Source of the DNA: Paraspadella gotoi
Lineage: Eukaryota; Animalia; Chaetognatha
NCBI GenBank assembly: GCA_051294375.1
Contig: CM119263.1
Span: forward strand, 22,532,833 to 22,596,832
Direction of reading: 5' to 3'
Length of the DNA stretch: 64,000 nt
Shown: positions 54,633 through 61,600 of the stretch, one piece after another
Numbering within the stretch: the first letter of the stretch is position 1
Layout of the letters: each line of letters opens with the position of its first letter
Notes under the pieces: generated by a model
Database searches by the model: none
Seen by the model: only the letters and a program-made list of their open reading frames with translations
Told to the model about the DNA's origin: nothing
Translations under genes and position numbers: made by a program

Positions 54633-57600
54633 ACACACATACCGACACGTCGAGTGTGTAAACAACTTGTCGGTCCGCGTCGCTCGTCGCTTCGCAAACG
54701 TAGTCTCCTCTATGATGCGTTTGCAGGGCATCAATGGACAGCGTCCCGTTGGACCAGATGGTTATGTCGGGAGAGGAAGACTCGATCCTGACGCCGCTAG
54801 GGTGCCATGAAAAAAAAGTTAGCTCGATGCTCTTTTTGTTGCTCACTTGTATTTAAAGCTTTTAGTTCTCACTTTGTCCACCAGGAAATCCGTGGCGCTG
54901 GAATCCCGACGGCGGAACACGGGAACGACACCGATGTTTCCCACGCTTTGACGACGGACGCAGGGAAAGACGTGATGCCGGGCGAAACTGGACGAAGAGG
55001 TGGAATAGGATGAATTAAATTATTCTAATTTACCATCCCAAGTCCCCACCGCCTCACCTTTTTGCCGCGGCGTGACGGTGACCTTTTTCGTGGCCGGACC
55101 TTCTCCCACCAGAGTCGACGCCGTCATCCAAAAGACGTAATCGTGATCCTTGAGAAGTCCAGAGACTTGGTAGGACGAGGAGAAGGAAGGAAGGGGGAGA
55201 AGAGAGAGAGAGAATTCCCCTTGAGAAAACAAAAACTGATGCGTATTGATTCCTTCCACCGAATCCCACGATTCCCGATCTCGGGATCTGAGCCGAATTC
55301 GAAATGAAACTTAACTGTTTAAAACTGTTTTTCTTGCAAAAATACTTGATTTTCAGTAATAGTTAATACAACACGGTATTAATCAGTACGTATTAGTGNN
55401 NNNNNNNNNNNNNNNNNNNNNNNNNNNNNNNNNNNNNNNNNNNNNNNNNNNNNNNNNNNNNNNNNNNNNNNNNNNNNNNNNNNNNNNNNNNNNNNNNNNN
55501 NNNNNNNNNNNNNNNNNNNNNNNNNNNNNNNNNNNNNNNNNNNNNNNNNNNNNNNNNNNNNNNNNNNNNNNNNNNNNNNNNNNNNNNNNNNNNNNNNNNN
55601 NNNNNNNNNNNNNNNNNNNNNNNNNNNNNNNNNNNNNNNNNNNNNNNNNNNNNNNNNNNNNNNNNNNNNNNNNNNNNNNNNNNNNNNNNNNNNNNNNNNN
55701 NNNNNNNNNNNNNNNNNNNNNNNNNNNNNNNNNNNNNNNNNNNNNNNNNNNNNNNNNNNNNNNNNNNNNNNNNNNNNNNNNNNNNNNNNNNNNNNNNNNN
55801 NNNNNNNNNNNNNNNNNNNNNNNNNNNNNNNNNNNNNNNNNNNNNNNNNNNNNNNNNNNNNNNNNNNNNNNNNNNNNNNNNNNNNNNNNNNNNNNNNNNN
55901 NNNNNNNNNNNNNNNNNNNNNNNNNNNNNNNNNNNNNNNNNNNNNNNNNNNNNNNNNNNNNNNNNNNNNNNNNNNNNNNNNNNNNNNNNNNNNNNNNNNN
56001 NNNNNNNNNNNNNNNNNNNNNNNNNNNNNNNNNNNNNNNNNNNNNNNNNNNNNNNNNNNNNNNNNNNNNNNNNNNNNNNNNNNNNNNNNNNNNNNNNNNN
56101 NNNNNNNNNNNNNNNNAAAGTTTGACCGATAGCCAGCTGGCCACCCACGACTGACCTTTTCTCCAATTCCCCACCGTACCTCTTTGCCGAGTTGTTCGTG
56201 GAAGATGTAGAGAGTGTAGGCAGTAACGACACCGTTCGGGTTTCGAGGCGGAAGCCACGAAACCAGGATGGAATTCGGGGAAGAAAGCGTCGCTTTGATG
56301 GCAGATGGCGCTGCGGGAACTGGCGGAAGAAATGGGGTAACGGGTGGCATTTTTTAATTTTTTTATAAAATGAACTTTGATCCAAATTAAAATTAAAACT
56401 GGAGCAAAGAAAATAAAAAGAAGATTGTTTAAAGTTAAGAAAAGTAGAACAGAATGCGGAAAGTCGAAACAGAAACTGAAATAAAATTTGGGGATTTGAC
56501 AAAGAATTGTAACCAATAAAATTCCCGTGACTCACTGTCTTGTTTGGTTCGGACGTAAAAAGGTTGACTTCTCACTCCTTCGCCGACTCTTGTCATTCCC
56601 GATATTTCGATCGAGTAATTGGTGAACTTTTTCAATCCGCTCAAAAACGCGGAAGTCTCCTGAAATAGTAAAAAAAAATTATATCAAATCGTATCAAATT
56701 GACTAGTTTTCTACCGAATCACGAGAAATTGACACATGATCTGCAGAGCTGTCAAAAAGGACAGTGCAGCAAAATCTCTTTGCCGCAACTCACCGTCGTC
56801 AGCAGTTCTCCGTCTTGAGTCTCGAGAATCGACGAACTTTTCCTGACCTTCGCCGTCTCCCCCACCGTCTTTGCCGCCTCGTGCCACCGCACTCTGTACG
56901 CATCGAGGACGCCGTGAATGTGGTCGGGATCGATCTGGGTCCAACGGATCGAGATGGTCGTCGATGAGTTGGAGGTGGCGGAGACGACCGTCGGCGCGCG
57001 GGAGGGGACTGGAGGCGGAGGTCGGGGAGCAGGAAGATGTGGGATTACGGTCGACAGAGTGGCGAGACTTTCGTGAGAGTCAAGACATCATGTCACTATT
57101 CACGCTTCTGATTCTTCACGCATTTATCTTCACGACTCACTCCTGAGCTCTCATGTTCGGTGGAGCGATGAATGATCAACAACTTATCGTAATTAGTAAA
57201 CCGAGATAATCGGCGAAAGATTTATTTATAATATTCGAAAGTTAAAGTTTTATAATAAAACTTCGATCTCCAATCCCCTCTCTACTCACCGTCTTCGGCT
57301 GTCCGAGCGGAGATATGCTTGCTGGCCGGACTGCTGCCTTTTTTGTTGTACGTCTGAATGTGGACGTCGTACGAGGTGAACTTGTTCAGATGATGCAAGA
57401 TGTAAGATTGCTGAGATCGATGAGAGGATAAATACGTAGAATTATTAAAATAATTTAAAATTAAAAATAATGATAATTATAGTAATAATAATAATAATGA
57501 TATTAATATTGTGCACCTCATCGAGCGAAGGATCTCTAGTGACTGTAACGATTCGCTCATTATCTTTGTCGTCGTTCGTCTTCTGGTAGCCGATGAAGTA

Positions 57601-58658
57601 TCCCATCAAAACTCCGTTGTGAGTCTGAAATAAGACGGAAGATATAGAATATTTCTATAATCTATTGGGACATTGTGACATTGTAAAATCTGTAATGGAA
57701 TTGAATAAACTGCTCCCCAAACTCCCATCAATACGTACCCGTACGGGCGGATCCCTCCATAGAACCCTCAGCTCGGTCGGCGAGTGGGCGACGACTTCGA
57801 CGAGGATCGGACTCGCCTTCGGCTTCGCTTCGTCCGTCGTTATGACGATGGACGCCGACGCTTCGGACACGCCCACGCTGTTGTTGGCCAAAACGCGCAC
57901 GTGGTAAGAATGAGCCGGGTTCAAAGAAGTCACCCGGGCTTGCAAGGCCTCGCTCTGCACTGTCACGTTGCGGGCTTTGGTCCAATTGTCTGTAGAAAGG
58001 AAAAGGTTTCGATTTTGACGCTTGAATATCATTTGCATATTGCAGTAAATTATTTTTTATTAAGAATATCTTAAGGCAATAAAATAGCTCTCCTTCATTG
58101 ATAATAACGTCGATATTTAAAAAGAATGACAATTCCGATAAGAATTAAAAGGTTTAAATTATTTTAATTTACTTATAATTCACAATTAAATAAACCTCAA
58201 TCGATGACTTTTATATGCAGTCGGTTGGGAAATAGGCTGATCTATAAAACTTTAACTGAATTTGTCATCGATGTCACTCAGTAAGGTTAATCCTTACCTG
58301 AGCCCCTTGTGGGCTTAGACACATGATGACATAAAGTTATGATCTCTCATGAGTTATAACTAATTGGTTCTCGGGGTGACGCCCGGGATACCTAATGTCT
58401 GATCTTTACTCTATAATAACACGCTAGATTCCATCAATTTTTCTACTAGGTTAAGTGTGCTAAAAGTAAGTTTAACAAATGGCACTATTTCTTGTTATTT
58501 ACCAGAAACGTTCTTAATTTGCACGACGTAGTTAAGAATCAGCGCGTGGCCGTTGAACGGTTTATGCCAAGAAATGAGCGCTTGTTTGCTGTTCTTTGAT
58601 TCCAACGCCAGCCGCTCTGGAGCAGCAGGGGCTTCTTGAACCAAGAGTTGGATTCTCT
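16988..58658 (-). CDS. Dscam: Dscam / Down syndrome cell adhesion molecule gene, 3' half (multi-exon; Ig9 end-FN1-4-Ig10-FN5-6-TM-cytoplasmic tail); upstream Ig exons not recognised in this window
   Basis: Manual splicing of GT-AG exons gives four FNIII domains, one Ig, two FNIII and a TM segment, the order diagnostic of DSCAM. Family motifs present: W..P.NG...I..Y, LNKFTSY, LKKFTNYSI, FWMTASTLVGEG, LFCGTEY, AWESGGC, LAPATWY, ATLT.GG.TIAP. Confidence 0.93.
18654..18842 (-). CDS. Dscam: Dscam cytoplasmic exon G (GAAASLRPALIQLVDAAGTVGAAPPEAIPEEAPALPRGDAWNLDVGGVKTETTPPLAVTGSEI)
   Basis: Strong pyrimidine tract with ccaccag acceptor, G|gtaaga donor, 189 nt phase 1-1, open. Confidence 0.72.
18911..19100 (+). 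repeat. Purine-only degenerate minisatellite (aaaaggggaaaagagg-type), forming a long pyrimidine tract on the Dscam strand
   Basis: Direct inspection. Confidence 0.8.
20669..20785 (+). repeat. Compound microsatellite (CGAA)n(TGAA)n
   Basis: Direct inspection. Confidence 0.95.
20819..20972 (-). CDS. Dscam: Dscam cytoplasmic exon F (TFSGLHAPILVSSPAAAILPLPALPYQTMPAISDNCIYREPADSIFGANDE); 5' end in gap
   Basis: Open frame, YREP motif, G|gttcgt donor in phase 1 matching the next exon. Confidence 0.6.
21305..21604 (-). CDS. Dscam: Dscam cytoplasmic exon E (DLTSSATSATSATSGCDESCSECDDFRPRGVEHPYAHIG...RRRTPPRPPPYPALTQTALLTP); 5' end in gap
   Basis: GC-rich open frame with HPYA and PPPY motifs, G|gtgagt donor, phase 1. 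Confidence 0.72.
22035..22121 (+). repeat. Compound (GTT)n/(GTA)n microsatellite
   Basis: Direct inspection. Confidence 0.9.
22134..22597. mobile_element. Possible degenerate MITE
   Basis: AT-rich core with imperfect inverted ends (GTGGTCATTCGAGCGTAGTGAAAGT vs reverse complement ATGGCCACTAAAGCGTAGTAAAAAGT); no clear TSD. Confidence 0.35.
22932..23095 (-). CDS. Dscam: Candidate Dscam cytoplasmic exon D; frame ambiguous (TCTPSPKGPFRVRDVGFRRRRRPRRR... to donor 22932, or DLYPESEGTLQG... to donor 22966)
   Basis: GC-rich island between a long pyrimidine tract ending ctccaag and gtgaga donors. Confidence 0.5.
23259..23342 (+). repeat. (CT)n microsatellite, one of many CT/GA tracts (also ~1364-1460, 2975-3045, 13586-13675, 16166-16218, 54536-54632)
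   Basis: Direct inspection. Confidence 0.95.
23774..25522 (+). repeat. Tandem direct duplicate of 21846-23552
   Basis: Collinear near-identity from tcgtttccattggccactaaa to ttggaaaatctgag; differences mostly 1-2 nt indels. Confidence 0.88.
24894..25057 (-). CDS. Dscam: Duplicate copy of candidate Dscam cytoplasmic exon D
   Basis: Essentially identical to 22932-23095. Confidence 0.4.
26630..26804 (-). CDS. Dscam: Dscam cytoplasmic exon C (DDRRRQSPGVNPRPAPTSPARRGPSFRDASTGQRRGHSGQSRANSGGSSTDPGIREFTG...), truncated by an N gap
   Basis: cgtcacag acceptor; open reading frame; GIREFTGSPPRP matches vertebrate DSCAM GICRFTASPPKP. Confidence 0.8.
27052..27167 (+). repeat. 11-bp minisatellite (TTTAGTATTAA / TTTAGGATTAG)
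   Basis: Direct inspection; inverted copy at ~40753-40862. Confidence 0.8.
27777..28315 (+). repeat. Tandem duplicate of 27170-27760
   Basis: Collinear match from aagtttttgtcgaaatccta to gtttatttgtttattt; 25-N gap at 28480-28504. Confidence 0.85.
31526..31566 (-). CDS. Dscam: Dscam mini-exon B, first assembled copy (41 nt, one extra base relative to 45247-45286)
   Basis: Same splice sites and sequence as 45247-45286. Confidence 0.55.
33638..33845 (-). CDS. Dscam: Dscam cytoplasmic exon A (RGRKHLRFPSPLSTSLYPEEGQQPNQQPPERAR...REYHRTRLNEDMDELKLAESFH)
   Basis: tctctatcag acceptor, CAC|gtaggt donor; the end resembles vertebrate DSCAM '[23 protein letters not shown]' (recalled); phase fits exon B. 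Confidence 0.62.
36330..43268 (-). repeat. ~7-kb inverted duplicate of ~25020-31906
   Basis: Reverse-complement collinearity (e.g. 41115-41287 vs 26630-26804; ~40490-40750 vs ~27170-27430); error density highest at the left end; ends at the 25-N gap 43269-43293. Confidence 0.9.
41115..41354 (+). CDS. Dscam: Inverted, indel-containing copy of Dscam cytoplasmic exon C; supplies the 3' part (FTGSPPRPTETRRAACHALRGK) missing in the gap at 26620
   Basis: Reverse complement of 26630-26804 plus its continuation; lies within the inverted duplicate block. Confidence 0.6.
45247..45286 (-). CDS. Dscam: Dscam cytoplasmic mini-exon B (NDSDGIYGDANER), 40 nt, intact copy
   Basis: cctcctccag acceptor, G|gtaagt donor; phase 0 to 1 joins exon A (ends phase 0) to exon C (starts phase 1). 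Confidence 0.68.
47369..47549 (-). CDS. Dscam: Dscam cytoplasmic exon A, second assembled copy (...EREYHRTRL.EDMDELK.AESFH; contains apparent 1-nt indels)
   Basis: Near-identical to 33638-33845, with the same tctatcag acceptor and gtaggt donor. Confidence 0.55.
52030..52131 (+). repeat. (GAAA)n microsatellite (a second tract lies at ~51720-51840)
   Basis: Direct inspection. Confidence 0.95.
52227..52313 (-). CDS. Dscam: Dscam cytoplasmic exon (TEAPNNYAQKLNFERDSRLNNRRSSFNT)
   Basis: ttatcag acceptor after a pyrimidine tract, G|gtaatc donor, 87 nt phase 1-1. Confidence 0.72.
52454..52594 (-). CDS. Dscam: Dscam cytoplasmic exon (EKNTMPPRDVSMETSLIGSCTSDAFLNKRSNGDNFFGGQSPTGHNNR)
   Basis: cccgcag acceptor, A|gtgagt donor, 141 nt, open in phase 1-1. 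Confidence 0.7.
52803..52997 (-). CDS. Dscam: Dscam exon: juxtamembrane and transmembrane helix (VTIAP...TIIPVFGGVVVFLVVVVASGLHWKRKLDRKRYENYAYS)
   Basis: ctccag acceptor, G|gtgaga donor; about 20 hydrophobic residues followed by a basic stop-transfer stretch. Confidence 0.9.
53128..53248 (-). CDS. Dscam: Dscam exon: FNIII-6 end (QLVRIPHLAPATWYVVEMTASNDAGDTKLTVNVATLTRGG)
   Basis: tttttcag acceptor, G|gtgagt donor; L.PATWY....TA.N.AG.......ATLT..G motif. Confidence 0.93.
53478..53653 (-). CDS. Dscam: Dscam exon: FNIII-6 first part (APVAPNREGVVAFSNQSDVVLDLTAWESGGCYIKSFVVRFKPFFEEHWSVALNKQKPPQ)
   Basis: actccag acceptor, CAG|gttaga donor; L.L.AW..GGC.I..F.V motif. Confidence 0.92.
53837..54022 (-). 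CDS. Dscam: Dscam exon: FNIII-5 (GYSLHFRRGSGQWHELTFEPSIRNHLLQNLFCGTEYEFYVVAKNVVGPGHSRKPLFARTTGG)
   Basis: ggcag acceptor, gtataa donor; L.CGT.Y is characteristic of DSCAM FN5. Confidence 0.93.
54098..54196 (-). CDS. Dscam: Dscam exon: FNIII-5 start (VPPTPPILALMSTSSSSIQLSWADDGDGGAPIT)
   Basis: ttcccag acceptor, G|gtaaga donor; PP..P......T.SSI.L.W....DGGAPI motif. Confidence 0.92.
54479..54487 (-). CDS. Dscam: Candidate 9-nt Dscam microexon (TAAAGCCTG; adds V-K-P in phase 1) between Ig10 and FNIII-5
   Basis: Flanked by ttttcacttttattttcacag and a consensus G|GTAAGT donor; length is a multiple of 3; phase 1 matches the next exon. Confidence 0.55.
54643..54796 (-). CDS. Dscam: Dscam exon: Ig10 second half (NGVRIESSSPDITIWSNGTLSIDALQTHHRGDYVCEATSDADRQVVYTLDVS)
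   Basis: ccctag acceptor, gtatgt donor; NGTL.I......G.Y.C Ig motif. Confidence 0.9.
54873..54987 (-). CDS. Dscam: Dscam exon: Ig10 first half (VSPGITSFPASVVKAWETSVSFPCSAVGIPAPRISWWT)
   Basis: ccag acceptor, gtgaga donor; PC.AVG.P.P.I.W I-set Ig motif. Confidence 0.92.
55058..55219 (-). CDS. Dscam: Dscam exon: FNIII-4 end (...SSYQVSGLLKDHDYVFWMTASTLVGEGPATKKVTVTPRQK); 5' boundary uncertain
   Basis: G|gtgagg donor and Y.FW.TAST..GEG motif. The acceptor is ambiguous and a small exon may lie in the N gap 55399-56117. Confidence 0.85.
56180..56319 (-). CDS. Dscam: Dscam exon: FNIII-4 first half (IPAAPSAIKATLSSPNSILVSWLPPRNPNGVVTAYTLYIFHEQLGKE)
   Basis: ccgccag acceptor, gtacgg donor; P.AP..IKA....SILVSWLPP..PNGV...YT.Y motif. 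Confidence 0.93.
56536..56659 (-). CDS. Dscam: Dscam exon: FNIII-3 end (ETSAFLSGLKKFTNYSIEISGMTRVGEGVRSQPFYVRTKQD)
   Basis: tttcag acceptor, gtgagt donor; GLKKFTNYSI...TRVGEGVRS is typical of DSCAM FN3. Confidence 0.93.
56794..57008 (-). CDS. Dscam: Dscam exon: FNIII-3 first half (VPSRAPTVVSATSNSSTTISIRWTQIDPDHIHGVLDAYRVRW...)
   Basis: ctccag acceptor, gtgagt donor, phase 1 to 0 consistent with neighbours. Confidence 0.88.
57290..57410 (-). CDS. Dscam: Dscam exon: FNIII-2 end (QSYILHHLNKFTSYDVHIQTYNKKGSSPASKHISARTAED)
   Basis: ctcag acceptor, G|gtgagt donor; L.KFT.Y...Q..N..G..P.S......T.ED motif. Confidence 0.92.
57517..57624 (-). CDS. Dscam: Dscam exon: FNIII-2 (THNGVLMGYFIGYQKTNDDKDNERIVTVTRDPSLDE)
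   Basis: tttcag acceptor, gtgcac donor, 108 nt phase 0-0, NG.L.GY.IGY motif. Confidence 0.88.
57739..57989 (-). CDS. Dscam: Dscam exon: FNIII-1 second half / FNIII-2 start (DNWTKARNVTV...LNPAHSYHVRVLANNSVGVS...LRVLWRDPPVR)
   Basis: tttctacag acceptor, gtacgt donor, phase matches neighbours, FNIII consensus; lies within ORF 57655..58038. Confidence 0.92.
58503..58658 (-). CDS. Dscam: Dscam exon: end of Ig9 and start of FNIII-1 (RIQLLVQEAPAAPERLALESKNSKQALISWHKPFNGHALILNYVVQIKNVS)
   Basis: Acceptor ctcacag, donor G|gtaaat; matches the DSCAM 'IQL.VQE.P..P...W...F.G...I..Y' pattern. Confidence 0.9.
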
Positions 58659-61600
58659 CTGTGAGTTATGAAAAAAAGGGCATCGACGTTTGTAAATGAA
58701 GATCGAGATACCTTACGATTTCAAAATTTTCATCCGACAATAGAATTCGACCAGGAAATACTCTCAAGGCTTTAAATGTTATTGAAAAACAGCATGCTCT
58801 CCATATTTAACATCTGCATTTCAAACCAAAAGAACTATTTAAGATTAAATTAAATAAATTAAACGAAATGGCGAAATAATTAAATGAATAACAAAGACAG
58901 TTGTCTCTAATGCTAGTTGAATCTATCTGGTGAAACTATATTAAGGTTTAGCTTGCGTTTCTTTTTTTAGTCTTGAGCGTTATACTACTATAAATCTTAT
59001 TATATGAAGATCATAATGGATCTCATCAGGACTACTGTCCGCATCTATGTGTTCTTTTCTAATATTTACTACTCACTTTATGCCATACATTATTATTTTG
59101 TATCTCCAAATAATCTTCTATTCTTTTACAGTTGAGTCTTCAACTCGATCTGTCGTTCCAATCTCGTTTGGAACCCGAGAGCTCAAAGCAGAAACAGAGA
59201 TACTCCGAGATAAGTACACAAGAAATAGATCAGACGGGAAAGATTGAAGCAACGTGCTCTCAGCAAGTGGACACGAGAACGTGACGTACGAGCAGACAAG
59301 ATAACACAATGAGTTATTTAATTGATACTAAGCTCGAACAAGAGATGTCTCGCAGACGTTTTACGAGAGAAATCACGAGAGACTAAGAATATAAGAATTT
59401 ATAAAGGGAAGCTAACTCAAGAAATAATTACTAGATATAGCGTGCAAGCGCGAGACAGAACGTGAAGAAAGAGGGGAGCAAGGAATGGGAGCGTAGAAAG
59501 GAAAGAAAACGCTGATACCTTTCGTCTTGACGAAATGTGGGGGGAAAGTGATTCTGCTCGCCACTGATAAAAATGATAGATTTAACTGGAAACAATGTAA
59601 ATCTCAATAATGAACTCCGGAAGAATTTAAGAAAAATATGGATTAGATATGACAAGAAAGTGAATATGTGATATACAATTAAGACTAATATTTGAATCCG
59701 CTAGCGATCTCCTCTCGAGACGTACTCAGATCTCTCTGACACTACGCACGCTTCTCACGACTACTTTTATTTCTTATCCTATACACTTTTACGAATTTTT
59801 CTGTGTCGTTTATCTTCACACTCTCTCCTTTCTGATACATCCTCATCAAAACTTTATAGCACCGAGCTATGCTCTTCTCCACAGAAAGAAACTATATACC
59901 TCTGTGTGCCGTATAGCGCTCATAGTGCAACATAGCATCGCTTAGCGATGCTAAGAGTTCACGTGCGCGCGAACAATCCCCAGGTGACTGTGACGACTGC
60001 GTGCCTCAGTCGCCGCCCCGTGACACTCGGTGCTATGACAGCGGGAGTGCGGTGGGATTCAGCTTCCTTTGCGGGCGACTCCAGCGTTCAGATGGTCTGC
60101 GCGTCGCGAGCATATTGCGTAAAAAAAATGTGAACCGCAGAGTGGGTCCGACATACCGCCTGCTCAGCGTATGGAAGTTTCATGAACGCTCGGAACTGGA
60201 TGATAACCGTTATAAGGTGACAGTGTGGATCTGTCTTACGATAATGTGCGCTCTCATTACTCTCTCTCTTTACGCCGGTTCGTACAGTCTGTCATATCGT
60301 CACTTATCGTTCCCCTGACAAATGAGATTGTAGGTCAAATTTAAGAGTCTTACGTCGATCTCCAACAGTAGTGACTAGCGTGCAATTTATAATTTAATAG
60401 CAGACAATTTTCTTTAAATTTTTTACTACTTTTTTTAAAATTGTAATAACATTTTATAAGTCTATTTAGGTAAAACCAAGCCTTAATCTTGCATACTATT
60501 CTCGGAAGTTTCATATATGCAATAAGATTTAGAGATAATAGAGATAAAGAGGAGCTGCATTTGCTAAGAAATAGCCACATTCTCATAGGTTTTGACTTTG
60601 AAAAAAAGTGTGCTCGTTTATTGACCCTTTCTTACTTCAACTAAAGTTTGTTAAGCCGACGCGTCAACCTCCTTTTACCCNNNNNNNNNNNNNNNNNNNN
60701 NNNNNTAACAAAGCATTTCAATCTTTGTATGTAAATATATAAGTTTTCTTCTTTTTTTTAGTTTGATTCACATTTCATTGAATCATAATGGTCAAAACTA
60801 GATGATTATGTTTAAAAATATCATTTATGCATACATATATTATTATTTATATTTAATTTCTATAGACTATCTCACAACTGCTACTCACAAGTATGCAGCA
60901 AGACCTATCAAAAACCAATTTATTGGAACCAACTGAGCTAGAGGATATATCAATACTCCTGAGTTTTTTTTGAATGCTTTATGAACGTTTTCGTTGCTTC
61001 AGAAAGGATCAGGCACACCGAAATAATGATACATTACAACTGGTATGTCACACGGTTCTGTTTGGAAGCTGACAAATTTTTGTGTCTCTTTATCCTTATG
61101 AAACTTCTATCTGTATGGATGCGATGGGCATTGCTCTCAAGGATAAGAGTGTTTGAGATGTATGCCGGCTCTTAGGTAGTAGCCAGCGTCTCCACAGAGG
61201 TGAGACGGTCTAGAGGGAGGCCCGGTATATGTATCACCAGTGGTTGTGATTAGTCATCTGAGTGCTGGTAGGTAAAGTGGTCTTATCTTATCTAATTCCC
61301 TCTTTTGTCGGTAGATTTGCGCTCCCACCAATTGGGGGTATGGTGCCTGGGATCTCTGCGGTTCTAACGAAATTACGAATGAGTGGGTTAGAAGTAGCGT
61401 TAATTGTCCCTATAATTCTAGCGAAAGATGGAGGGTTTTGTGTTTGTTATAATTATAGAGAGATAGTAGTGGTAAATAGATATCAATTATTTAGTAGTCA
61501 TAGTAGGTGGTTGTAGCCTATTTAATATCTGTAAAATAAGTACTGAGAATTATGGTATGAATGTTTGTGATTGTTTTAGAGTGTAGGAATATAATTTTTA

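Noticed and set aside
1285-54734. Many ER-, SL- and F-rich ORFs and long poly-X ORFs in the ORF track
   Set aside because: They are translations of CT/GA microsatellites, purine tracts or N gaps
52803-58658. Arthropod-style mutually exclusive exon arrays or a second TM exon
   Set aside because: Each ectodomain exon and the TM exon appear once. The hypervariable Ig2/3/7 region lies outside what is recognisable here, so hypervariability cannot be judged.
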